Source: Rhina ancylostomus
Taxonomy: Eukaryota
Direction: 5' to 3'
Length of the DNA: 64,000 bases
Assembly: GCA_030265395.1 (NCBI GenBank)
Contig: JARFYF010000064.1
Span: 4,735,286-4,799,285 of the forward strand
Shown: positions 13,841 through 26,384 of the stretch, one piece after another
Position numbering within the stretch: the first letter of the stretch is position 1
Layout: every line of letters starts with the position of its first letter
Notes under the pieces: model-generated
Told to the model about the DNA's origin: nothing
The model's input: only the letters and a program-made list of their open reading frames with translations
Database searches by the model: none
Position numbers and translations under genes: made by a program

Positions 13841-14043
13841 ACACACAGGCGACTGCAGATGCTGGAATCTAGAGCAACAAACAATCTGCTGGAGGAACTC
13901 AGCGAGTTGAGCAGCATCTGTGGGAGGAAAGATGCGGGGTTTTGTCCTGACACAGGGTNNNNNNNNNNNNNNNNNNNNNNNNNNNNNNNNNNNNNNNNNN
14001 NNNNNNNCCCGCTGAGTTCTTCCAGCAGATTGTTTGTTGCTCT
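13841..14043. mobile_element. Fold-back Penelope-derived element (centre in N gap)
   Basis: Inverted arms AGAGCAACAAACAATCTGCTGGAGGAACTCAGCG / CGCTGAGTTCTTCCAGCAGATTGTTTGTTGCTCT; flanking imperfect direct repeats ctcctgggataatgtgg / ctcttgagacaatgtgg. Confidence 0.8.
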
Positions 14044-17000
14044 TGAGACAATGTGGTTTGCTAGCACATAGTGGAATTGATAGGCAAGTACTTTAGCTCC
14101 ATCTTTAATAGTGATAACTCTTGCTGAAAGACTTGAGTCAAGTGGGGGGAAAATAACTGACAGAAGACCAAGCACTTTCTTCCTTTGAATATCTGTACAT
14201 CTGTCAAGATGAGGTGCCAGCTCAATAGATATTAAATGAGCCAAACGCTGAAGGCTGAGTGCAGGAAAGTGAGATAAAAGTGCACTGTGCATCAAGAGTG
14301 CACTGAGGTAAAAGGTCAGCCAAGATCTTATTGAATGGTGGTTCAGGCACAAGGGGCCTCTCCTATTTCTTCTGTTAGTACATAAACAGCAATAATGTTG
14401 AGCAGAAGTTTCCAATTTAACAGGTCCTTTAGATGGTTAATATTTTTTGGTGTATAGAGATTTGGGAATTCCATGTAAACAACAATATGAAATTTATACT
14501 GATTCTGGACAGCAGAGGTTGAGCAGCCACTCTTAAATAACACAAGGCTCAAATGTACTTTGTTTCTTTTATTAGTTTGATGATGCTTTTACATGATAAA
14601 ATACATACGAATGAGGCAACAGAAGAATGCTGGGAACAAGGTGTAATGTTACCTTCACTGTAAGAATGGCAACTCTAAAAAAAATATAAAACCAAATATA
14701 TCTTAAAAGTAATGTTGATACTCTGTTGAAAATTACTTAGAGACTCTTTGTACTGTGGTCACCTCACAGCAAGACCAATTGTGCTTATCAATAGAGGAAA
14801 TCCATTAAAAATGACATTGTCTTATTTATACCTTCTAACCAGCAAATTATATTGTTACACCTCAGAAATAAACTAGTATTCTCAGCACAGGCCTGAGGAA
14901 AATGGACAGAAGTCAATCATGTCAAGACAGTGCCCACACTAGGTTTGGTTTTCTCATCAATAATGTCTGATTTTGTGAAGTAACTTACATGTTTTATATC
15001 TGCACATGCTGCTGTGATATGTAAAAATGAAAAAGAAATAACTATATAATGTTTTCTGCAATTAACTAATGATTTAACTTTTGTCTTTAAATATAACAAT
15101 TTGAAATTTATACATCCAATAACAAGATTAAGATTAGAATAAGCTCCTAACAGGATTTGTCTATTCAAATATTTTTCCTTATTGTAATTATAATAAATAC
15201 AGATTAACAAATCTAATATTTTCTTTCATGATGTTGGACAATTACTTCCCCGGGGCCATTCTTGAACTTACCATTGGGAAAATGCAAAATTCAGCATATT
15301 ATGAAAAGATCCATTATTTTTTAAATATGATAGATTTGTAATTTAGTTCTCCAATTTACCTTGCTTTGTTTGTAAAAAAAAAGCCAAAAATGGTAAATTG
15401 GATCTCTTGGTGCATCTGATCTACTTCTTCCACATACAGAACATTTAATTCATGCACATTTTGCAGCAAAGACCTTAACAGATTCAATTTATACTTGTAA
15501 GAGAAGATGAACAAATGTGTGAACAGGATGTAAACTGCCTAAAGGTCATTTAATTTTGGGTTTTTTTGGGCTAAAAATGTGTGCCAACTTCTGGCTATAG
15601 GAATGTTTTTCAGTCTAGATGTTATGGCATGGGGGTTGGAAAAGGCTGCTACTGATGCCATTGCTTTCACATCTGCGATAATAACCACTTTATGAGCATG
15701 TGGCATTAATTAGGATGATACTGCCTTCTACCATGGGTGATTAATTTGAGTATTATTTTTAGAGTGCTGAATGATGAATTAGTATACTGAAAGTATCACT
15801 GAACACCTAGAATTTTAAATTGTGCTATGGATTTTTAAATATGTTTGTTTTTTTATATATAAAATCATGCTATTTGCCTGTGCTGTTGCAAAGACACTTC
15901 TTTAAAGTTGGAAATTAGACTGATACTGCAAAAACAATTTGTATGTAATTCTGATTGGCCTCTGTACCGAAGAGTTCCAAACCTTCTGTCCTGTAGAACA
16001 TCTGGACTGCATTGAATGGCTGGAGGCCAAAGGGTTTGTTATTATTTTCAATTTTGCATGACGTTGAATGCATGAAAGATATGTCTCTGACATTGTATCA
16101 ATAAAAAATAAACTTACTTGAAGTCAGTGTACTGTGTTTTGTTGTCAGGGTAACTGGATGAATAACAATGAACTGTGATCAGCCACATTACTTTGTTTAG
16201 CTTTTCAAAGGAAAATCACTGCACATGTGCACACATGCTGACCTACAAAAGTTAAAGCAGCTAACAGATTCGCAGAAATCCGTCAAATAGCTGACAACTC
16301 AATGACAAACAACTTAAAAGCCACTCAAAATAAAGATCTGTAGCTAAGTTTCTGGTATCAAAATGTACCTACTACTATTTATTTGAACTTCAGAATTTTG
16401 ATTTGTGTTTTGGGATCACATTCTGCAGTTCAGATTAGCAAAAACTGACACCAATGGACTCTGGCAAAAGCCAATGTCTGTAATTAGGACATGAACAGTA
16501 TCCAGTGTTCTATTGATGATGATCTGGAAGAGGAGTGGGAAATAAATGAAATATCAGGTTTTGTTTGCAGGAGTGACTTTAGGAACTTTTTGGAGATGAA
16601 AACAGCTCTGATGTATATTACTTCCAGGGAATTTTCACTGTAATTATTAAACTTAAACTTTTTGTGTGCTTTAGAGTACTCTGACGTGCATTCTTCTGTG
16701 CTTGGAGTTTGCACCCTGATATTCCTAGCGTTTATGTTGTGTGCCATCACTTTCTTCAAATTTGTGTTGTAATCTCTCATCAATATAATTAATGTTCCCA
16801 AGTTTGCCTTTTCTGAAGTTTGCCAGTGGCCTTCTTGCTTGAAGGCTGTGTATTCCCCTATATCCTTGGAATTTATGATGTGAACCGTCAAACGTCTATA
16901 GTCTTTTTCCCCCTCAGAAGTTAATTCATGGAATGTACCAGCATTTATTGCTCATTCTAATTACTCATGTGAATGTGTGGTGAAAATACTCTTATAACCC

Positions 17001-20000
17001 AATTAAGTAGGGATTTCAACACTTTGAGCCAACAACAAATAAGAAATGGCAATTTCCAAGTCAGGATTATGTATAACAAAAGACAACTCCAAGTGCCTGC
17101 AACCCTTGTCCTTTTGGTAGAGGTGGTGGGTTTGGGAAGTACACCGCATAAGTGTTGCTAAGTTAGTGCAGTGTGTCTTGTACCAGTTGATGAATTTCAT
17201 TGACAAAAGTCTTTTGTGAAGCACTGTGATCTCAAACATGCTTATGATTTAAATTTGACTAGGCAAATTTCTCAATGAACAGCCTTTGAGGAGATGGGCT
17301 CCAGATGAGTGTCTCTATACTTCTCCATCACTGCTCTGTGTGCTTTCTTGATTCTCCCACTAATGCTCAATGGCAAAGGAAAAGCAACTAGTCCATCCAT
17401 TTCTTGAAGCAACTGGTTGACAGACTACCTGCACCATTTTGGAAACTCAAGGGACCTCCAAGTCTTTACATATGCAAAGAGACCAATATGGCTCCCATCA
17501 AATACTTATAGCCACAAAATGATAAAGCAGTGCATCTTTTTCAGCTGCTTAGCATTTCAGTTAGTGCTAAGAATCAGAGTCACAGACTTAATTCCTGATC
17601 TGTGTACAATTGGCAACAACATCCCTTGTGAGGGAGAGAGGAAAACAAGCCTGAAGTCTGCTCTTTTGTCATTATCCAGTGACCATTGAAAAGCTGACAC
17701 TGGATCAGATTTGGCTGTAATATAGCTTGGGAAAATTCAATGAAGTAGAAATATCTCCCCAGTTACTTGTACAGCTGTGTGTCAGACTCCACTTTCAAAA
17801 TTTGATTCCTTTAATGTCAATGAATGCATATTCAATACAAGCAAGCAAAGACAATTTTCTAGACCACTAACTTTCATATACCTGGACAAGGAAAGACTTC
17901 TTAATTCATTCTTGTCAGGTACATATGTGACCTCAACATCAAAAGATAAAGGAAAAAGTTAATCAAAAAATACAATGGATTTCAACTCATGTGCACACTA
18001 GGTTTTGAATAGTATACAGGCATTTATTTAAGCAGAACGCTGAAAATTTCCATGACCATTGTGCAATCTGGGAAGGCTTAACAACAAAATGACAGAACAA
18101 GACTGCACAATACAGCCAGAGCAAGTGGACTGGGACATTTAAATGTCAATCACATTTATAAGGTTTCTTCTTTGTTCTTCATCCCAAGAAAATTTTGTTC
18201 TACAAGTTACTATAGTGTGAGCTGATAATGGTGCAACAAGGTTGACCATACCTCTGGTGCCTGTGTGAAGGACAGGATCCAAAATCTTTCTTCTCAACCA
18301 AAAATACATTAATAGTGAAAGAAACATATGCAGAATGAAATGGCATCAATTAGTCAGGGCAGATCAGGAGAAATAAAGAGGGAAAGAAAGATTGGATTCA
18401 GTGAGGAGACAAACAAAAGCTAAATCCTTTTTAAAAACTAACTACATTTTAAATACCTTAGGAACAACTTATAATCTGCAAGAATGAAATTCAAGTATAA
18501 ATTGCTCCTGTTCCAGGCTGGAAAAATTGAGGGACATTGCACAACCATAAATCTTGTCTTAAAAGGGCCCTATACTGTTAACTGCCAACCCTAGCTTTCT
18601 GCAGCAGGTTTGATTTATGTTAACAATATAATTGTGGCAATGTTTGAAACTCAATGATTCGTCATTGAAGATCTGCTACTACAGTTGAATGGCACAATTT
18701 GCTGATTTGCAACTCACATCATACCTCTCCCGCACCAGAATGTGATAGGTTATTTACAGCTTCTTTGGCTTTAACATTAATCTCGCCAAAATTCTGGTGA
18801 AGTCCAAAATNNNNNNNNNNNNNNNNNNNNNNNNNNNNNNNNNNNNNNNNNNNNNNNNNNNNNNNNNNNNTCTGCTTCCCAAAGAAGATAAAACAGGAAT
18901 CCAATCTTCATGTAGAAAATACAAGTGTGCATTACAAAATACCAGTTTATAACAAGTCGACTTGGTTCTTTGGTCAGTTTGAGGGGACAGAGCCGGTGAA
19001 TGCAATCACAATAATCTTTTAATTAACATGGTTTGGTTCTGCTGAATATTTTCATTGCCCTTATTTATATTACATCATTCCAAGAAAACTATGCCAATAA
19101 TCCAATAACACCTAATTTCAATGTGCTAAAACCTTGCTTTGTTTACTTTTAACAACAAATTAATTACCCTGCAAAAAAAATCACAAAATTGGCCAAGTTC
19201 AGAGTGAAGCAGTTAGAATGGTTTACTCCCACTAACACAGAACTTGCACAATTTCCAGTGGGACCTCAAACAATTTAGTGCAGCCTGTGATACTTTATTG
19301 CACATCAATCAGAGAAGGACATCAGCCTTTAAACTCAGGCTCTGCATGGCAGCCACATTGCAGAAAAATTACATTGTTGTCGCCATGGAGGAGGCATGGG
19401 CTGCAGGGAAGGAGACAGCTCTCACACTCATGCAAAGGCACATGCAACAAAATGCGGCAGGGAAATTCAGCTCGTCAATAGCATTTGGAAACCCACCAGG
19501 CCCATCATAAAAAGAGCCAGGCATAGTTGCCTCCTCCAGGACAGAGAATCCCTGCACAATGGAGCTGTGCTGAAAGAAATTTCATGTCATCATGATACTT
19601 CAGGATGATCTGCAGACCACTGTTTACAACTGCAGAGTGGAGATCCTCACTAGAAAGAACATCTGTATTTCATGCAACTGTTCTTTAAGTGAGATCCCAA
19701 TTATCAGGAAATACAGAGATGTTGAAGCTAGTCATGAAAGTAATTGGATCAAGGATCCATTCATTCACGTGATATAATCCGTGCAGAGCTGCACAGTAGG
19801 ACGAGGGACTTTTAACGTATCATCCAAGCTCCCTCTCCTGATTACCACTGTACTGTCAGTAATGATTGGAGGTTAGAGAGAATCATTTAGCTTGCACTGG
19901 AGACTATGGCTCATTAGGAGAGGCATTTTCTATTACAGCTATATTCCCTTATAGCCCATGCTGACAGTATATCTTTCCTCTGCTGAGCTGGGAGATGAGG

Positions 20001-21559
20001 CTGTGATGGTGAGCAGGGGCATCTCCTATCAGTTGCCTTCTGCTCCTCTTGCTCTCCGGATTCAGCCTCATGGCCCTGAAGCTCTGGGTTCCCTGGGTTT
20101 TCTTCCTTTGAAATCAGTCTTTGGTTTGCAACGTTCAGTGGCATGCAGTAACTGATGGTGAAGTCTCTTCATCTTTCTCCACGTGATTTTTCACTATGAT
20201 CTTGGTACTTGAATGGCTCTCATAGTTTCTGCACTCAGCTGCCAAGGTTGGAGAGAATACTGGTGTGAGCTGTCAAGACGTACCAGAGTAGACTTTGTTC
20301 CTCCAGGCAATGGTGGCTTCTGAAAATGACCGACAACACAGATTTCCTCAGGTTGAACGGGTCATGTGCTTCCCAAAAAAACAAAGCATTCACAATAAGA
20401 AAATTATTTATGCAAATTTACACAAATTCTCCCATGTAGTTTTAAAGCATTTTTCAAGATAGCAATAATAATAATGTTTCATGGTGTACATTAATGGCTG
20501 GAGAGAGTATATATTCCATTATACTGGTATTGTAATTACAGGTAGTGTAAGTGTGAACATTTGGTGAAATGACTGAATTATAGCAAATGTATGTACAGCA
20601 ATATAACATGGGTAGCTATAGAAACTGGACATTTCTGAGTTATGGAGAAATTGGCTCATGGAACCCTTACATAACCTGGGGACCGCCATAATTCCTTTGC
20701 AATACTGTGTGTGGGTGAGCAGCAGATTGGGAGACATGGCAGACATCTGTTCTGGTTAATTGGAAAGATCTTGCGATAGGGAAATTGAGTCAATATGACC
20801 TTGGCCTTGAAAGAGAAGGCAGTCAAAACATGCAAGCATGGCTGTAGGTCTTCCTGCTGAGTGGCACAACCATAGTGATGACAGCTTTAGAAAATCTGAA
20901 CCCATCAACAAATTGTTCATTAGAGTTCCAGATTAGATGTGCTGTCTCTGAAGACTCTCTGTGAGTAAGGACTTAAGTGATGGGATATCTTTGTCTCCTG
21001 TCCCAAGGTTCCTGACCCACCCTAACTGGCCAGCCTTGACCATAAAGATATCTCCAATGAGAGTGCAGCCAATTGTGTTACCACTGAGGCACATGTGGAC
21101 TAAGAAAGCACCTTTGGAAGGTGCCATTGCAGCTTACATTCATTTATAAAACCACTGAGTCATGTCTCCCAGTGTTGGCAGAATATACCAGAAAAACAAG
21201 AAGCTAGAATGATTTGCTCCTGGTTCTATAATGACAATTCCACATTGATCATAGTTTGGAGCTTTGAACTCCAATTTATGTCACCCCAGGCAGAAGTGGG
21301 TGCTATATATCATTAAGCATGCACACAGCATAGGAAAAAGTTTGAGCACACAGAAGTGTAGCAGATGGAAGTGAATGGCATAACTTCACCTAGAAATGAT
21401 TGTTAATGCAATCTACTCTGAATAAAATTTAATTTTGAGTGGTTAGCGGCTAAAATATGGGCACAATGCAATTCAACTTCTAGGCTCTAATGTCGAACCA
21501 GGGACAGGGATGCACCAAAATTAGCATAAGCAAAAGAGGAGTAATTAAAATAACGAACT

Positions 21560-22560
21560 TAACTGTAACACGTTCCCTGGATCTGATGTAGGTGACAACA
21601 TTGCAGATGTCCTGTTACAACTTTCTAAAATTACACAGACTGCAGAAGTGTTCTTTCAGATTAGAAAATTGCATATGCCAATTTTGAATTTGTGAAAGAA
21701 TGGGTTGCCAAGAGGTTACAGATCAGATATATAAATAACTGGAGTCTATAATTGTTAGATTGACTGAACTGCTTGAAAATGTTCAGTTGATCAGACAGAT
21801 CTAGCAGAAGTTTGTATCGGCCAAGTCAATTAGCCTGATCATTTTTCTAAGAGAGGTGACTAAAATGGTGTAGAGTATTTATTCATGTTCCTTATTTAGA
21901 CATAGAAAAATCTTTAATATAGTTCCTCATAAGAAACTATTAGCTTGAGTTACAGCTCAAGAAATTGAGAGCATATTATTTGCCTGCTTAGGAAATGGCC
22001 TGACTGGCATAAGGAAAGATAATGTTCAGGGTGTGAATTATGGATTCTCACAAGGATTAGTGTTTTAGCCTCAACTATTCACTGTATTAATAAATGAATT
22101 AGACAAGGAGATTGAAAGCTACATATTCAAGTTTACCAAAGACACACACAGACTGCAAAGGAAGTAGACAGAAATATTATAATCAAAAAGCAATGTTAAT
22201 AGATTCAGTGTCTGGGCAAAATCACAGCAAATGGAATTCATTGTACGTCAATTCTTTCAACCAAGAAAAAAGACAGTATACAGAGTGCTTTCCAAATGGT
22301 GGAATGCTAAAAATTGTGGAGACTGAAAAAGAGTTAGATCTCCAAATTCACAGATGGTTAAAACATAATTGACAGATATATAAAGTAATCACAAAGGCTA
22401 ATAAAATGTTGATGCTTGAATTTAGAGGATTGGAATACAAGGGATCAGTAGTAATCCTGCACCTATACAAAACTCTGGTTTGAACGAGCCTCGAATACCA
22501 TTAACTGTGGTTGTGTGCCACACCTTAGGAAGGATATATTAGACTTCAAGGGAGCATAAT
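21560..22560 (+). mobile_element. Decayed CR1 ORF2 (reverse transcriptase) fragment
   Basis: Frameshifted RT motifs: VPHKKLL, GFSQGLVF*PQLFTVLINELD..FKFTKDT (from GVPQGSVLGP..FADDT), LYKTLV..LEY. Confidence 0.8.
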
Positions 22561-23072
22561 TTAATATGAACAGAAATTACACAAACAAAGAATTTGGGAG
22601 CTTGAAGTTGTTTTTCCTTTGAGTTGTCACAATATGAGGGAAAAGGTAATATAATATATAAATAATATATAAAAGACAATATAAGTAACCCTCATTAACT
22701 TTTGCTATTTTTGTCCTGTTTATGCCTCTATACTTTTTTTGTTGTTTTACATCCATTGTACATAATATTTTTGCACCAAAAAAATGTCACACAATTTCAG
22801 TGCAAAAGCCTTCCAAACCTGACCTTTCCTGGCACCTTTTGGGTAGCACCAGTACAAGAATTAACTTTTTCATAATCCAGTCACAGTTACATATGCAAAA
22901 AGATAAGGCTCCAAATGTTCATAATTTATATCAGTGATTTGGAAGATGGGAATGGAGGTTAATATATCATAGACTGCTGACGATGTGAAGCTCCTTGGCA
23001 GTGTGGCTTTGAGAACAATGGCGAGCAACTCAGGGAGATACAGATAAGTTGAGTGGGTATGGACATGGCAGG

Positions 23073-23279
23073 AGACACAAGGGACGGCAGATGCTGGAAT
23101 TTGGAGTAAAATATAAACTACTGGAGAAACTCAGCAGGCCAGGCAGCATCTGTAGAAGGAAATGGTCAGTTGACATTTCAGGTGGAGACCCTACATCTGG
23201 ACTGGCTGAAGGGTCTCAGCCCGAAACATCAACTGTCCATTACCCTATACAGATGCTGTCTGACTCTGCTGAGTTTCTC
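23073..23279. mobile_element. Fold-back Penelope-derived element with two decayed hammerhead motifs
   Basis: Arms 'aactcagcagg..aggcagcatctgta' / 'tacagatgctgtctgactctgctgagtt'; centre holds antisense and sense '..gaagggtctcagcccgaaac..' motifs; TSD-like 23058-23072 vs 23280-23294 (12/15). Confidence 0.8.
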
Positions 23280-23475
23280 TACAGAAATGGCAGGGTTCAC
23301 CGTAGCTGTACTAGGTCTTTGAAGACCCATTCTTTTCACGCTCAAATCTAAAAATCAATAATTTATCCAATCCCAGGTTACCATGATAAGGGCCAAACAG
23401 ATGGAATATTATGTCTCAGCCCGCTCCNNNNNNNNNNNNNNNNNNNNNNNNNNNNNNNNNNNNNNNNNNNNNNNN

Positions 23476-23792
23476 TTCAAGAGGCGGTGCCTCAAGAAGG
23501 CAGCATCCATCACTAAGGACCCTCACCATTTGGGACATGCCCTCCTCTCCTTACTAACATCGGGGAGGAGGTACAGGAGCCTGAAGACCCACACTCAATG
23601 ATTCTGAAACAGCTTCTTCCCCTCTGCCATCAGGTTTCTCAATAAACCCATGAACACTACCTGGTTATTCCTTCTTTTTGCGCTATTTAGCTTGATAATT
23701 TATAGTACCTTTATGTCTTTGAACTATACTGCTGCCACAAAACCATAAATTTCACATCATCGAAGTAAGTTATAATAAATTGGAGTCTGATT
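23476..23792 (+). mobile_element. Rex1/Babar LINE 3' end
   Basis: RRCLKKAASITKDPHHLGHALLSLLTSGRRYRSLKTHT..SFFPSAIR, then 3' UTR with AATAAA and a tctgatt tail. Confidence 0.88.
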
Positions 23793-23989
23793 ATGTAGAA
23801 ACATTAGGTCACCCGCTCTGGTAGGAAGAATGGAAACAAAATATTTTGTGTTAAAGGTGAGTTTGAAAGATGTTGCTCACTAAACAAAAGCAATTGCCTT
23901 TGTATTCAAATCACCGATGGTTAACATCAGGTACAGCCAGCAGCTTGCAAGGCAAATGATATCCCAGGCAGTGTTCCAGATCCTCCCCT

Positions 23990-25140
23990 CAGCGACCGGG
24001 CCTCCGGGATGTGGGTCCGTCTCCTCACAGCCCGCACGCCGCTTGCTGTTGCACAAGCAGGGGTGGCCTCCGTCCCGACCCCCACCCCGCCAAAGGATGC
24101 TTACCAANNNNNNNNNNNNNNNNNNNNNNNNNNNNNNNNNNNNNNNGGGCCGGGGGCCGGGCGCCGCCACCGGGAGCCCGGCACAAGGGCGGCCGGGCGG
24201 CCGCCGCGCCTCACGTGATCCCGGAGGGAGTTGACGTGACACAAACGGGGCCGCCAGGGCGAGTTCCGACCGGAGCCCCGCCGGCCGGAGGGGGAGAGAG
24301 CCCGGCGGGGAGTGGGGGCCGGAGACCAGGGGAGCCGAGCCGCACCACCCACCAGCGCGGGCCCGGCATCGTTACCCGCCAATTAGCGTCGTCTCGACGC
24401 CGGCGGCGACTTCCGGCACATTTCTGCTGTCGGGTGGCGTCATCCTGCCTGGAGCCGCGCTCGCGCGCGCGTGTGGGTGTGTGCGCGCGCGATCGACCGT
24501 CGGGGGCGCGCGCGGCGGCGGGAGGGACGGAGACGGGGAGGAGGAGATCAGGGGCTAGCGGTGATTGCGGAGCCGGGGGGGGATTTTATCCTGGAACTTA
24601 CTGCTTCGGATAAGGAAGGTCGCTGCCGGGACGGGGAGAGGACTGGGGCAGTGCTGGTGGAGGGAAGGCGCCGCTCCGGTGAGTGGGGATTCTTCCTCCA
24701 ACAAACCCCCCACCCCCCGCGGTTCTCGGAGCGAAGTGTTTAAAGAGAAAGAAGGGGGAGGGGAACAGGTCCNNNNNNNNNNNNNNNNNNNNNNNNNNNN
24801 NNNNNNNNNNNNNNNNNNNNNNNNNNNNNNNNNNNNNNNNNNNNNNNNNNNNNNNNNNNNNNNNNNNNNNNNNNNNNNNNNNNNNNNNNNNNNNNNNNNN
24901 NNNNNNNNNNNNNNNNNNNNNNNNNNNNNNNNNNNNNNNNNNNNNNNNNNNNNNNNNNNNNNNNNNNNNNNNNNNNNNNNNNNNNNNNNNNNNNNNNNNN
25001 NNNNNNNNNNNNNNNNNNNNNNNNNNNNNNNNNNNNNNNNNNNNNNNNNNNNATGTCGGCGCAGCTTTATTTTCGACGTTAGAATCTGTTTAAAATTATA
25101 TATTTTTTCTCTTTGCTTCCAGCAGTGATCACGATGCATT
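23990..25140. promoter_or_regulatory. CpG island / promoter
   Basis: Only very GC- and CpG-rich segment of the window. Motifs: TCACGTGA 24211-24218, TGACGTG 24232-24238, CCAAT 24379-24383, ETS ACTTCCGG 24409-24416, GC boxes. Confidence 0.92.
24420..24678 (+). other. BMPR1A: Putative non-coding exon 1 of the gene downstream of LDB3, likely BMPR1A (start approximate)
   Basis: No ATG in the segment; strong donor CCG|GTGAGT at 24679-24684. Gene identity rests on vertebrate LDB3-BMPR1A tandem synteny and the long non-coding 5' intron of BMPR1A, not on coding sequence. Confidence 0.6.
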
Positions 25141-26384
25141 TAGTTCAGCACAAATGAGTTCGATTGTTAAATCTGTGGCTTTCAGTGTGCATACAATACG
25201 TGTTCTGTGTGAGCCCATGTCCAATCTTGTTTTTCTTGTGTTTGCGTTAAGAGGTGATGCAAAGATTTGGGTGTTCGGTTCGTCAACAGTACTGTTTGTG
25301 TCATTAGATTTCTGATTGTTAGGAATGCAATGCCTTGGGTTTGTGAACAAATACTACTTGTTTCCAAGTTTTAGACTCTGGAGATTTAAAGAGGTCCAGA
25401 TTAAATTTGCAAATTGAATTGTTCAATTAAAGGGCAAAATGTTTGGTTAATCGTTAGGTGTAATAACGTTTCGAAGTCAAAATATCCATGCTGTCATGTC
25501 AGAATGGGTATGAAAGGCCACTTACTGTGATGGTTGAAATGTTTGGGGCAGTTAGTTAGCGACTTCTTGATGCATAATTACACTTGCTTCTCCCTTTTGT
25601 GGGCAAGTTTTGCCAGGTCTGATCAGGGAGCCTGCTGTGAGTAGAAAAAAAATGGTAGTTATTCTCGTGAGTTGACTGCAAGGTGGCATGGTTTGTGATG
25701 AACAGGGTTAAACTGTCTAATTCCACTAAATGTTCACATCATATGTGGTTAGAAAATTTGTTAGTAATGAGATGCAATGTAAGTTACCAGAGCAGTGTTG
25801 TGTAAAGGTGTGGAATTAAGTTCATGTTTTTTGTTATATGAAAATCTATATTATAGAAGGAATACCTTCCTCAACTGTGCATTGTGGTATCAGAATTTGC
25901 TTTGGTTTTGAGAGCAATCAATCAACCTATTTTGTCAGAGGATGATAGATTGGTGGGAAAAAATCAAGTCAACTAATGAAACTTGTGTATCTCTGGCTGT
26001 AATTATTTAAATTTGTGCCCTCTTTTGTAATTGTATGTTGTGAAAGTGAATTTGGATAAATGTAGGTAGCTCTCATAGCACTGGTGTTTATAGAAGATGT
26101 TACACAATCAAGAGAAAACTACAAATGGTGCTTGTAATATCAGAATAAACATGCTTCATTGGATGGATTATTTTTTACAAATTGTTTTTAGAGTTAAGTT
26201 TGGCACCTTCTGTGTTGTCTTATTGTTTAATTTTAATTTAGTTTGAGAATTTTATCTATTGATTTGGGATTGTTGCATTAAAGAGAAAGAAGAACATTTC
26301 ACTAAGAAGTATTCTAAGTTTTGTTGGATCAAAAATACCAGCTTCGTGGCACATACCTTTTATGTAAAGACGTAACAGTAAAAG

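Larger units (their letters stand above)
22925..23870 (+). mobile_element. Old CR1 RT fragment interrupted by nested younger insertions
   Basis: YISDLED...ADDVKL before 23070; resumes after 23790 ('ggtaggaagaat...ttaaaggtgag'). Confidence 0.55.

Noticed and set aside
13672-14415. Longest ORF (247 aa) with repeated peptide RATNNLLEELS / LSSSSRLFVAL
   Set aside because: Spans an N gap, and the repeated peptides come from the inverted arms of the fold-back element; not a gene.
16484-16891. 135-aa minus-strand ORF
   Set aside because: No recognisable domain or clear splice context; length compatible with chance.
23880-25139. Several long Gly/Pro/Arg-rich ORFs
   Set aside because: Expected from stop-poor CpG-island sequence and N runs; no recognisable protein.
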